Origin: Sphaerodactylus townsendi
Taxonomy: Eukaryota
DNA length: 61,658 nucleotides
Direction of reading: 5' to 3'
Assembly (NCBI RefSeq): GCF_021028975.2
Contig: NC_059435.1
Location: 48,920,343 to 48,982,000 of the forward strand
Shown here: positions 12,401-24,262 of the stretch, in pieces
Layout of the letters: every line of letters begins with the position of its first letter
Position numbering within the stretch: the first letter of the stretch is position 1
The notes under the pieces: generated by a model
Told to the model about the DNA's origin: nothing
Databases searched by the model: none
The model's input: only the letters and a program-made list of their open reading frames with translations
Translations under genes and position numbers: made by a program

Positions 12401-12852
12401 CACAATGTTGCTTACCTATATGACCTGCCTTCAACAGCCCCTTTCCCCTTATTAAGCTTCTCCTAAGAGGGAAAGACACTAAAAATCTGGCCAGAAGCGC
12501 TGCAGGGGAGTCTGTTCGTGAATTACCATTTAAGGGGCAACCTACTATTCCTACAAATGTTGGAGGCCAGATCTTTAGGTGCTTAAATACTTGCACAGAA
12601 GGTATGACCTTAAGGGCTCTTGGCCTGTGACTTGCAGACTGTGGCCCTGAGTGAGTTGGCCCAGTGGATGCAGGCATCAGCCCAGGAATTGAACTTCGCA
12701 CAGTCTATTGTCCACATTGTTTTTTCTTATAAGTTACACCAACAGGCACAAAAGTGGGACAGAAATACATACATAGTGCAGATTTTGCAAAGACATAGAG
12801 ACATAAACTACTGAGTGAACTGGTGCAAAGAAGTCCCACAAGAACCAGGTTG

Positions 12853-12858
12853 TTTATT
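12853..12858 (-). terminator. Candidate MIOS polyadenylation signal (3' UTR ~12850-14920)
   Basis: AATAAA on minus strand at the end of an AT-rich UTR-like block ~2 kb past the stop. Confidence 0.45.
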
Positions 12859-14920
12859 TACTAGTCTTTTAAAGAGTCATAAAATACAGTTATTTTACAA
12901 AAATACTGCTTTTAGACTGAGGAAAAAGACATTAATATGAATGCTCTCTTAACACTTCACACATGTGGCAAACAATTTACATTTACAAACTTATAATAGT
13001 TTAAATTCTAGATTGTTAAAGTAAATGTTCATTTTTTTGTCGACATTTAAAAAATCAGAGTAACAGCCTAGGTATTGTGATGCATACCTCACTACAGATT
13101 TGATAATGAAAATGCAGTTCTGATTGGAAGTGGCCTTTGACCAAGGTAACAGAATGAAGCCTAGCACAACTGTGTCCATCGGCATAAATAATGGTTTTCA
13201 ATGAAGGAGTCTTTTTCTTTTCAGCGCTGTGTGTACAAATATGGTGACCTCGCTCCAAAGTGCCCAGTGCAAAAGAAAGGCACATCTGTTCACCAACTTG
13301 ATAAAAGGGAGGGATTCACTGCTTTCTGATTTCCCTCTCCCCCACTGTGCTACCCCCCACTTTTAAGAAATCTCCCAACCCCCAGGAGAGGCTAGGGAAC
13401 AGGGTTCAAGGGACTCCAATGGAAAAGGGGGCAGGTAATCCTCTGGTACGTGCACAGACCACCACACTCACCTCAGCTCATCTATTTAAAATTGCTGTGT
13501 GTGATTGTCAAGTAGGCAGCTATAAAACCCTAAACTGTTACAAAATGGCATTGAAAATTAGCTGAGGGAGTTCGGCTTTCTAGGGCTGCGCTACTTCAAG
13601 TGTGTGTTTTTGATCTGCTGCCAATTAACCAAAGAAATCTGTAAACTAAGTGGTAACTTAAATCTATATTGATTACATCAGTGTGTTGCTATGTTCTTAA
13701 TATTTTTTTCTCAGTGAGCTTTTTTTAACATTGTTCTACAAATAAATCATATTCCCCATACCTCCAAGTGTTCCTATTATCATCTCGTCCTTCAATAAAC
13801 CAAGTACATTATTGAGGAGGAAGACTGATAACAACTAAATCTCACGTAGAACTTCCAGAGGCTCACAATTCTCCACCCCACCCCCTATCAATTCTTGGGT
13901 AAGTCCTCTGGCCCACAGGAGCAGCATTTGGGTTGTCACAGTAAAGGGGATAATGTGAAATACCCCACCCCAATTCCAAAAATTCAAGAAGGGATCCAAA
14001 TCAATGTTTGGCACTAATATCTACTGCCACCACGATGGCAAGTGACATCCAATATTATTCAAACTATGGAAAGTGAAACTTTATGGAAATAACTCAGATT
14101 CATCTAAATTGCATATTTACACTGCAGTTTTCTAAACCAGATGAATACCAAATACCCTTCTATCTCAATGTAAAATGCGGGTGGGTACTATTAATATTGC
14201 AACACATTTCAGGCGTGCAGCCAGTTTCACGCTTTTTAAAACGTGGCAATTTTGTTAGACGCTGACTGGCTATGGTGTCATGCAGCTGACATTCATCAAT
14301 CTAGCATCTGTTCTCAAACTCCTCTATGCTAGTTCTGTAAAAATGGTGGATGCTCCCAAGATGCATCTTACATTGAAGCTGGAACCTTACTATTTACTGA
14401 GGCAGACTTAAAGAGACCTTGAGTCATCAGAAGTGTGTCACAGAACAGTAGTTCAGTGTGTTTGTCTCAGCTGAGAAAAAAATGGCAGCATTATTTCAGT
14501 AAAATGAATCGACAGAATGACTTGGTTGCTAACTTTTTAAAAGTCCATGAAATACAGAAATATGGGGCTGGTTCATCTCAGATGGAAGGTTCAGGGTCTG
14601 GACAGCAGAGTGCTGAACATTTTCCTGAAGACTGCTTCAAATTTAAATGAAGCTTCCACAAATGCCTCTGAAATGAATTGCTTCACAACCCACTGAACAA
14701 GGCCCACATGACATACATGAAGACTCAAGTCCAACAATACTTGGCTGCGCAAAGCACATCAAAACCATCCACACATCAAATTGCTGAGGTGATAGAATGA
14801 TTCATTTTTCTACTGTGGGAAAGTCATGAGTGACTTGTTCTGAGGTATGTGTTGTGTCTGTGAAGGATGTCTATTAGGGACAGCTTCTGTTCTGAAGGTC
14901 CTTGTTCAAGCTCTGACGTT

Positions 14921-15017
14921 TTACGCCTGGACCATCTCTGCTGGGATGAGATTCCCTGTCGTATCCAGCTGCATACATTTACACGAACATGCAGAGACAG
15001 GGCATTCAGTATGATCT
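14921..15017 (-). CDS. MIOS: MIOS last coding exon
   Basis: ttccag|(R)[31 protein letters not shown]; 97 nt. Confidence 0.95.
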
Positions 15018-15233
15018 CTGGAAAAAGAGAAAAAGCATAATTTTTTTTTAAAAAACCTGGCATCCCAGAAATCATTAAAAATAAAACAAGGATAATCAAA
15101 CAATTTGGATGTGCCTTCAGAACTACTGTGCCCTTGCCTGTTGCAGAATGAGTCTCATGGGAGGTGCTAGCCTACAAATCCAAGAAACCAGCTACAGACC
15201 AAGATTATGTGACCATTCATTCAGCTACCTTAC

Positions 15234-15363
15234 CTGAACCAGCTGAGCATGTGTCCCGCATGACCGCCATGCCTACAGTTGTGACACCAGGTAAACCAGT
15301 TGTTGAACTGAGCTAGTTTTTTGTCTTTGCTGAGATCTACCTTTTCATCTGACTTGGATCCTC
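15234..15363 (-). CDS. MIOS: MIOS coding exon 9 (C-terminal RING)
   Basis: [42 protein letters not shown]; AG/GT boundaries; 130 nt. Confidence 0.95.
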
Positions 15364-16002
15364 CTGCGTGTGAGGGGAAAAAATTATTCCAGTCGTTTGC
15401 TTCCATAGTAATTAAAATTGGCTACTTAAAAATGGGCAGAAACAGAGTTTTGATGTGGAGAACTTCGGGGATGGATAAGTAATGTGGTAGTCAAAACAAT
15501 GTCATATAGTCCACCCTCCAAAGTATCTATTTTCTCTTGGGAACTGATCTACCTGATCTGGAGATGAGTTATAACTGCAAGGATTCCCAAGTCCCACAGA
15601 TCTATGCATTTATTCATGATTGTCATAGAAAAAGAGAGACTGTCCCTAAGAAGTCAAGAATTCTTAACTCTCAGACAAACTTGTATCAAATACCTGCCAC
15701 CTATATGCCCAAAACTCACGTCACTTAAAATGAAGTCCATTCAGTGATCATCTAATAGTACTCTGGAAATGCCATCTAGTACAAGTAAGTGCATAGATTA
15801 GATCAAAGTATCACTTAGTACCTTAAGAGAGTCAACAATAGAACAAAAGTTGATAAAATGCAGATCCAAGCCAACAGCAACTTTAATTAGTCTATCCTAA
15901 AAGGTTCCCATGCGAATAGTTCTTTAGAAAAGCAAATGTCTGTACATCAATGCCACAACCCTATGCGTCAACACAGAAAAATGATCAAATCTGGAGCCAT
16001 AC

Positions 16003-16207
16003 CTGGGCAGCTGGAAACTGGAGTTCCCATATTTATTAGACAAAGTGCACAGCGAGGGAGGGGCTTGCGGCAACCAGGGCAACTTGTGACCTTGGATTTG
16101 GTGGGGGATCCACTGACGCCATACTGACTAAAACCTCGACCCTGATGTGGAATGGCTGAGCAGCTGTAGGAGATGGATTTTCCACAAAAATTGCAGCTGA
16201 CAAACAC
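16003..16207 (-). CDS. MIOS: MIOS coding exon 8 (zinc finger)
   Basis: [15 protein letters not shown]...[26 protein letters not shown]; 205 nt. Confidence 0.95.
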
Positions 16208-17280
16208 CTTTGCAGATAGGGAAAAATATACAGAAGAGACATGATATTTAAATAACAAATCCCAGCTTACTCTCTGAGATTTGGTTGATGGGCTAGGAAA
16301 GACTATTGATGTAAATTTCAATTAGGTATCTTGTGCAGATTATAACCCATGAGACCCTAGAGGAGAAAAGATTATTTTCAAACAACTGAGAGAGGAACTG
16401 GAAGAAAGCCGCTATTCTCCTCACTTTGCCATTTCAAAGTTGGTACAATGGACAATACTTATTTGAAAAGGAGCATAGTACTCAAATGCAAAGTTCACAA
16501 TTCAACCAGGGCATTAGTGACAAATTCACATCTTGTTACAACTGGAGTTTTTTTTGGTGGGGAGAGGGTCTGCAGTGTTACTTATATTGGAGGGCTTCCA
16601 GGTCTCACAACTGCTTTCAGGATTATTCTGATTTCTATAACTGCTGATTAAGTGTAGCATACTATGAACCACAGGTCCTCAGATGCTCAGGAGAAAGGTA
16701 AGGATATAAATATTTTAAATATATTAAAACAAAGGAGAACAGAAAAAATATATATTTTTTAATTACAAAGCCCATCTTTTTTTGACCTAGTGGGTTGGGT
16801 CCAATCATCTTTTCCACTAGATAGAAAAAGACCACTGGGAAAGTCCATGCTGGACCCCTGGAAAAGATCATGAGACCTGCAAGGACAAAAGCTACGTGTG
16901 ATTCACAGTTGTAGTAAGGAGAAGATTTAGTTAAGGCTGAGCAAAAAGGCAGGCTGAATCCAATATGGTGGTTTGACACATCTGTCGGCTGCCAATGAAA
17001 CAGCTGGCTTTATTTCTTACATCAAGTGACTATTGCAACATCCTCTCTCTATCTCTCTGCCTCTTGGGAAACCATGACTGCCTTCCACCAAAATTCAGCA
17101 ATGTCCAGCATTCATTAGAGTGAAGAACGCAACGAAGTGAGCAAGTCCTGCCTTCTGCAACATTACGTTTATGAGTGACAAACAGCCTATTTACAATTAG
17201 CACACTCAATATTTTAGTCATTATATACCATTTCATGTGTGTTAGTTCTACTTATTCAGGACAATCGGAGCTATGTTTAC

Positions 17281-17433
17281 CTGTGCTAAGGGTTTTGAGC
17301 TAGGATCCAGCTTACTCCTGTGGATGTCAAATTCTGCTCGTTTGTGCCAAAACCTCCAGGCATCCAAGAGGTTCCGATAGTTTTCAATCCAATATTGAAC
17401 CCGCTCATCTTTAAGCACCTCAGAGGGAGAACC
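17281..17433 (-). CDS. MIOS: MIOS coding exon 7
   Basis: [51 protein letters not shown]; 153 nt. Confidence 0.95.
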
Positions 17434-17936
17434 CTGAAAGCAGGCATACGTCAGCTAAGCAAATACACATACATGGGCAAAATGAATGCTTCTTAACAAG
17501 TTTGTGATGAACGGGAAGATTAAGGCTACAATCTGAAACATGCTTACTAGGTAGTAATTCTCTTTAAACTAAGTGGGATTTCCTTCTGAACAAACATGTT
17601 CATGATTGTACTGGAAAAATTCTGCCACTTTTGCTGACTGTACAAAATAAGCGGGGTTAACTTTTCAAAAAGCAGGGTTCTGCTTGTATATTGCGCACCA
17701 GGATTATTTTTGAACTCGGCCGCAGGCATTATAAAGGAAAGGCACATTACAAAATATTGGGAAAGAGACAAAGACAGCTAGTGTCTGATCAAGAAAGCAA
17801 ATCTGTCTAATCAAACATGGCAGTCAGGCTGAGGTAATATAAATCCAGGCAATGTGCAAAGCGGAGACTAATAAAAATGAGTATGGAATTGTTGCAAAAG
17901 TTGCACTCTGGATTTATTTCAGAGAGAAATACGAAC

Positions 17937-18095
17937 CTGTAACATACAATAGCTTGCCGTCTGAACATCTCCTGTTCTGTCAACATAACTTTCCATTAAA
18001 TCCACCCCGTCCTTCGTTAGTCCCGTCAGGAGTATTCCTTCTAAGTTCCCAGCTTCTTTCATTTCACTCGTTAATTTTTCAAGGAATCTATTCAA
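17937..18095 (-). CDS. MIOS: MIOS coding exon 6
   Basis: [53 protein letters not shown]; 159 nt. Confidence 0.95.
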
Positions 18096-18682
18096 CTACA
18101 AAAAGAAAAAAAAGATGATGATAAGAAATGGGACCCCCCCCCCCCCCCCCGCCGCATCCAAGCTGCAAATGTGGAGCAACTGAGCTCCATTACAGAATCC
18201 AGAGTTTCAATATCACATAATCAATATTTTGCAGGAAGGATAAGAAAGACTATCCATCAAAACATATTTCCAGAAGAAAACATATCAGCACCAGATCCTA
18301 AATTAAGCTATAAATGCTATTTTGCAAACAGATCCCCAAAGATTTTTTTTTATTAGCCTACACATCCCTGCCCATGCTATGGGTGCCTCCGTTATGGAGA
18401 TTCAAGGGCATTCAGGGGATCAAAACAGAGTTTGTTCTTTTCCACTCAGTCGCTGAGAGGCAGTTATCTCTTGCCATAAAACAAGTGTCTGTTTACACAC
18501 TTGTGCAGAAGGCCTTGGAAACAGCAAAACGAGCCCTTGAGCAACATCTGGGCAATCTCAAATGGCTTTTTTTGCGCCCAACCCAAGAAGACGACATGGA
18601 GGTTTGTCATTTTCATGCCATTGTTTTCTGGAAAGAATAGAGACTAAAGGGGATAAAAGAATAGCAAACTTGATGGTGTTAC

Positions 18683-18748
18683 CTGAACATCAGTGAGGAA
18701 TTTACAAGCAAATGCCACTCTGTCTCGTACTGCTACATTGCTTTCATA
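18683..18748 (-). CDS. MIOS: MIOS coding exon 5
   Basis: YESNVAVRDRVAFACKFLTDVQ; 66 nt; tag| and |gtaac boundaries. Confidence 0.93.
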
Positions 18749-18809
18749 CTAAAAGAATACAAAATACACTAGCATTAGCCAAAAAACTATTGTTGCTTCT
18801 TAATAGAAA

Positions 18810-18990
18810 GCCAGGGTTCTGTAGCTGTCATTAGCACTGGACAAGGCTCTGGAAGACCCAGCTTCAAATTTCCACTCTGCCACTCTGGGTGACTTTGGGC
18901 CAATCAGTCTCTCTCTGTCTCTCTCAGCCTAGTCTAGCTCACAGTGCTGTGATGAGATTAACGGTATACTGCCCTGAGCTCACTGGCAAG
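18810..18990 (+). mobile_element. Decayed tRNA-derived SINE (MIR/Squam-like)
   Basis: ctctgggtgactttgggccaatcagtctctct...cagcctagtctagctcacag core. Confidence 0.6.
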
Positions 18991-19404
18991 ACAAAAGATT
19001 ACCAAAAACTCCATCCGTAAATTGTGTTAAATTATACAAACTCCTGTATATACTAAAAGGTATATAAACTAGTGATCACAGCCAATTATATTATTATTAA
19101 TCTTTTAAGTGATAAACTGGGTTGGATCCTATGAACCATGAGTGGAGTTCCACCTGTGAAACTAGTTTCCTTCATCCCCCTCCTGTTGCAGCCCCTCTTC
19201 CCGGCCTCCCTAAGTTCTCCTGAAGGTCAAGGAACCCTCAGAAATAGAGCATGATGCAGCCAAGGAGTCTACAATGTGGCTGGTGGTGTAAATGTGAGGA
19301 AATTGCAGAACCTTTGCTTGCCTGAGCAGAAGCGCCTTCCATTTACAGAAGAGAAGGAGTGTGAACTCCATATTTTGTTTCCTGTACAATATTTAGGTCC
19401 AGCG

Positions 19405-20360
19405 TTGTTTACAAGCCGTTGCTCGTTGGTTGAGAGCGAGTCACTGAAATTAAATCCAGCGACCCTGTGGCTGGGTCGCGGGGAGCGTCCAGTGGACTTT
19501 TGCCTGCCTACGCTGGATGGCAAGGCCTTACATCTAGCCTTGTCTGTCAAAAGCCTGGGGGTAACTTTGAACCCGGCATTGTTGCTAGAGGTCCAGGTTA
19601 CTCGAACAGTCCCGGTAACTTTCAATCATTTGCAGCAGGCACGGTGACTGGCCCCATATCTCTCCCTTTCTGACCTGGACACAGTGATCCACGCAATAGT
19701 CACCTCCAGGCTTGATTATTGTAACTCACTTTACACTGGCCTGCCTTTGACTGTGATCTGGAAACATAAACTTGTGCAACACGCAGCAGCCAGGCTCCTT
19801 ACCGGGGCATCTAGCCAGGACTGGATTACACCGGTCCTGTTCCATCTTCACTGCCTGCCAATCGAGTTTCGGATCATGTTCAAAGTGTTGGTGTTGACTT
19901 TCAAGGATGTGAGCGGCCTTGAGCCTGCATATCTGAGGGACCGCGTCTCCCTGTATTGCCCTGATAGATCCTTCTGTTCCTTGGAGTACCTATTAGAGGT
20001 CCCTGGCCTGAAAAACATCCAGCTGGCATCTACATGGGCCAGGGCCTTTATGGCCCTGGCCCCTTTCTGGTGGAACAGGCTCCCTAAAGAGACCAGGGCC
20101 CTGCAGAACTTGCAAAGTTTCCGCAGGGCCTGTAAAACGGACTCTCGTGGGCACAGGGGGTGGGGTTGGGGGGTTCTGTCGCCATCTGTTACTACATCGT
20201 TCCTAATTTTTGGTATTATACTGATTACTGTCTCTGCTTGTTGGGTTTTATTACTATATGATTATGATTAATTTATTGTTTTATATTTGTTGTTCACCGC
20301 CCTGAACCCTTCGGGGGAGGGTGGTTTATAAATCTAACTATAAATAAATAAGTAAGTAAG
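19405..20360 (+). mobile_element. L2 LINE 3' fragment in a MIOS intron
   Basis: LKLNP, IHAIVTSRLDYCNSLYTGLP, LVQHAAARLLTG, LPIEFRIMFKVLVLTFK motifs; tail ccgccctgaacccttcgggggagggtgg...(taaa)n; similar tail at ~27170-27237. Confidence 0.9.
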
Positions 20361-20436
20361 TAAAATAACTACCGCAGGTCAAGTTTCCCCATTCTTTCCA
20401 CATTTCCATATATATGTATTTTGTGGCAGGATTTAC

Positions 20437-20606
20437 CAAAACTCCATCGTAGGAACCCGACTCGCTCGTCAGAAATGCAAACATTGCACACAGGTAAGGG
20501 TTGTTTAGCTGCAACCGCAGAGTGCTACACATCTCTCTCCACAAGGAGTTCTTCTCATCTGTGTAGCCGGATAATGCCATGGCCACAACATTGAGATTGA
20601 GGTCAC
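20437..20606 (-). CDS. MIOS: MIOS coding exon 4
   Basis: [57 protein letters not shown]; 170 nt. Confidence 0.95.
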
Positions 20607-22253
20607 CTGCATAGTCAGAAACAAAGAAGAACACAATCAATCAATATTTTCAACAACTGATTGACGACACATAAACATGGACATTTATTCTGAAATTCAA
20701 CTTGCTCTGCAAGGTAAAGCAAAGCCACTCAAAGGACCTGCTTGTCAAAAAGCGGGATGTACCAGGCATCCCTAAAATGGTACCAACTGATGTTCTTCCT
20801 GAAGCCCACTGGCTTCTTATGCTCACTTCTCCAAAGCAAATAGCCAGCCCAGGGTTTCTTTCACTTTACTGGAGGATGATGTACTTTACAAGAACCCAGG
20901 AGACATGACCTTTGTGGACGCAAAAGCACCCATTCAGAAGAAGCTCCCTTCATCGTATACAGATGCTTGGTTTGCAGTCAGCCAACATTTTGTGGTTGGC
21001 CCCAGAACCCCTGGTCAGCTATCTTGTTGAGATACCCACTTCCTATTCTCAACCTTTCAAAACTGCCCATAGGTTTAATAAGGCTGAGAACCCCCCAAAT
21101 AAGCAGATGATATGCAACTACCTGGTCACAATGAAGAGTTGTTCTGTCAGTTAAAGTCCTTCACTACAGAGAACAGGAGAAATTTCAACATGGGCTGTTT
21201 CAGATGAGACCATCACATATAAATGTTTATTTTAATCATGCCTCTTAGAATGGCTACACAGACACCAGCAAAGAAATGTGGAGAGTGAATTGTCAGGTCC
21301 CCCCACTGATATGATATTTATGGCCCCAGCACAAGGCTGAGAAATGGCTATCCTTTTGGTCCAGTTACAAAAAGAAAAGGAATCTGTCAGTGTAGTTTAA
21401 CACGCTGTGCTGCACATAATGGAACCCTTGAGAGGAAAGAAAAGGACTGTGAGTGCTGTTCCGCAAAAACTGGAGTAAGCACTCAGAAGAAGAATTTGAA
21501 AAGCGCTGTAAGGGAATAGGTCTCAGAAGGATTTCCCTTTAACTTTTCTCACAGAATGCTATTGGACACAATGGAAATGATCCTTAGGTAAGCAGAAGGC
21601 AACCAACCTACATGAGGAGAGTGTCTTTGTAGCCAGTCCTTGGTAAAGTCTGTATCTTGGGAGTGAGGTCATTTCAGTTGTCTGCCTGGTCTAAGTCCTA
21701 CCCATGCCAGCCATTTTGTAGCTTAGCAGAAAGGGACTGATAGAAACCAAAGCCCTTTCCATTGACCAGAGGGGCTCCATCCAATGTCCAGCTTTCATCA
21801 ATGTGTACTTAATATTGAATCGATATTTATTATAAGTTCTTATGTGTAGAATTAGAAAAGGCGGGTTCAAAAAGACATAATATATTGGAGGAAAATAAAT
21901 CAGTAATAGGTGTGCGTAGTCTCACTTTATGACCGTATCTAAAACAAAGCCTTGAACATCATTCAGCACAACTGGAGTTGCGCCATGCAAATCATAACTT
22001 TGCTTCTTCCACCCTTCCACTGCAGTCCTCTGTGATTCCTGAATACTGTTTCATAAGTATTGTCTCCACAGGTCAGACCACATGGGGGATTGATGTGGAG
22101 AGGACTGCAGCAAGAGGGTGGAACTGGCAAAAATCACCTCTGCCTCCTGAACAAGAGCAAGTGGAAAGGGAGGTCAGGATCCAAGCCTGAGTGATGCATA
22201 CACACACACATACAAATCCCAGGCACCTAGAAATTTCAGTTCAGGATCTAGTA

Positions 22254-22344
22254 CAGGGGTCTGTAACCAATTGGCCATGCTGGCAGGGGCTGATGGGATT
22301 TGTAGTTCATGAACATCTGGAGAGCCACAGGTTGCAGACCCCTG
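22254..22344. mobile_element. hAT-type MITE, internally deleted, 8-bp TSD ATCTAGTA
   Basis: TIR caggggtctgtaacc / ggttgcagacccctg; perfect TSD at 22246-22253 and 22345-22352. Confidence 0.88.
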
Positions 22345-22908
22345 ATCTAGTATTTTCAGCAACTCTCAAAGGAAGTACAAAGGGTTGGATTTAACCAGTT
22401 CTTCCACTGGTAAGAAACAGGTCTCTTTGACCATCAAAAAGACATGGGACCTGCATGAATAAAAGCACTCTGGAACAAGGGCTGCATAAGGCTAGGAATT
22501 GGCCAACACTAACTGAAACCATGCTTCAATCCAGTCCAAAGCCTGTTTATCAACAACAACAAGCCTTTATTGGTATTGAAAAGCTTGTTTATCATTTCAC
22601 CTCAGAATGTTTTGCTGTGTAACAGAAACGTGCAAGAAGTTTTTGTCAGGGCCATTTTATACAGGAATTAATTTATCATCACTGAATTTATTTCTTAATC
22701 AGTTGCAGTTCTGTATTGGTTCCAGTATTTAATGAAACGAAGCATTTTAAGGCAACTGTGGAATCATGAGAGAATGGGGAGAAGTTAGGTAAGGTAATGA
22801 TAATTAGGAAATATGGCTATTAAAACCTCGACAGGCCAAAAAAATTAGTCTGGTCGCTAAAGTCTGTGCAGGCTCCAAGAGCCTAAGAACATTTGTCAAA
22901 TCCTAATA

Positions 22909-23054
22909 CAGTGGTGGCGAACCTTTGGCACTCCAGATGTTATGGACTACAATTCCCATCAGCCCCTGCCAGCATGGCCAATTGGCCATGCTGGCAGGGG
23001 CTGATGGGAATTGTAGTCCATAACATCTGGAGTGCCAAAGGTTTGCCACCACGG
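22909..23054. mobile_element. hAT-type fold-back MITE (146-bp near-perfect palindrome)
   Basis: ~70-bp arms centred on ggccaattggcc; imperfect 8-bp TSD tcctaata/ccctaatg. Confidence 0.9.
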
Positions 23055-23100
23055 CCCTAATGTGTACGCACGCACAAAACACCCAATCAGAAGAAGACAC

Positions 23101-23358
23101 CTTTTCCTGAAGAAGCTCCTTTGTTCAGTATCTGTATCGCTCGTCGTATGTCTGAGTTGAAGAGTGCTACAGCAGCAGCTCGCTCCCAATCTCCTTCTTG
23201 TTCCAAAGAGTTTAGGAAAGGTTCCACATCGACATCCGTGCCCTTCTTGATCCATCCACACAGCTGCAAAGCCAGCAATCTCTCCTCGCTGAGATACTGA
23301 ATAATATCTGCCTGTCGATCAGACCCACTCCGGCTATGCCTGAGGTTCTCTGTTGTCC
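23101..23358 (-). CDS. MIOS: MIOS coding exon 3
   Basis: (G)[39 protein letters not shown]...[13 protein letters not shown]; 258 nt; donor aag|gtgtct. Confidence 0.93.
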
Positions 23359-24163
23359 CTAAAGAACAATTGATTGCACAGACAGAACAATGCAAACTTT
23401 TAGCCTACAAAAACAGGCAGAGCTAAAATACCAATATTGCACAATCTTCTTTTCGTCACTATGTTCACTAAATGCCTTTCGCCTTTTTGTGCTAGCAGTA
23501 ACCAAGTTCTGGAGCAAGAAATGGTCATACCATGATTGGATCCCGTAGATCCATTCCCTCAGTGCAGGCACCTTCCTCTAGCAGCTTGCCCTTATGCAAG
23601 CTGCTGAGAATCCAAACCACAGGACAGTGTACCAACAGCCTTTGCAACAAGGCATGGAAACAACATTTGCTATTCACAAAGTGGATTCCAGCAACTGAAA
23701 ATTACTGTGGCCTTTCTTGTTGGGCTGCACAATTTTTAAAAATTGGGAAAACCCCTAAAACCAGTTACAGAATCTGGCTCAGAGAAGACTTTAAATGGTG
23801 ATAGGAGGTGTCTTCTGGGCCAGAGTGGAGGCTCAGAACATACACTTGGAAAAGACAGTGTTCAAAGAATGACATTTTATTTTAAAAATGCATTCCCTCA
23901 AAGACTGGAGTGGTACACAGGCGTTGCTTATTCCTCCATCTTTCAATAATTCTCTCAGGTAGGCTGGGTCGGCCAATCTCCTTCTCTCATTTAAAGAAGT
24001 TTTGAACAAGATCTCAGGTAGAGGTCTCTCATCTCAACTACCACCTGATCCTTTTAAATAAAAATGCTAAGGATTGAACCTGGGACTTTCAGCAAGCAAA
24101 GCAAATGTTCTGCCACTGAGCAACAGCTCGAGGAATTATTTTAAATTATCAGACTGTACTTAC

Positions 24164-24262
24164 CCATAGATGCCTTCACAATGGATTTGATGCCTGCATA
24201 AACTAAGGAACCCTTGTTTCCTGTTAATTTCTGATCCATATCCTCCGTATACTGTTTCATAA
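24164..24262 (-). CDS. MIOS: MIOS coding exon 2 (follows the AT-AC intron)
   Basis: caatac|TT ATG AAA CAG = (F)[32 protein letters not shown]+g|gtaagt; 99 nt. Confidence 0.93.

Noticed and set aside
19684-20271. 195-aa ORF antisense to MIOS
   Set aside because: C-terminal fragment of an L2 ORF2 running into its tail
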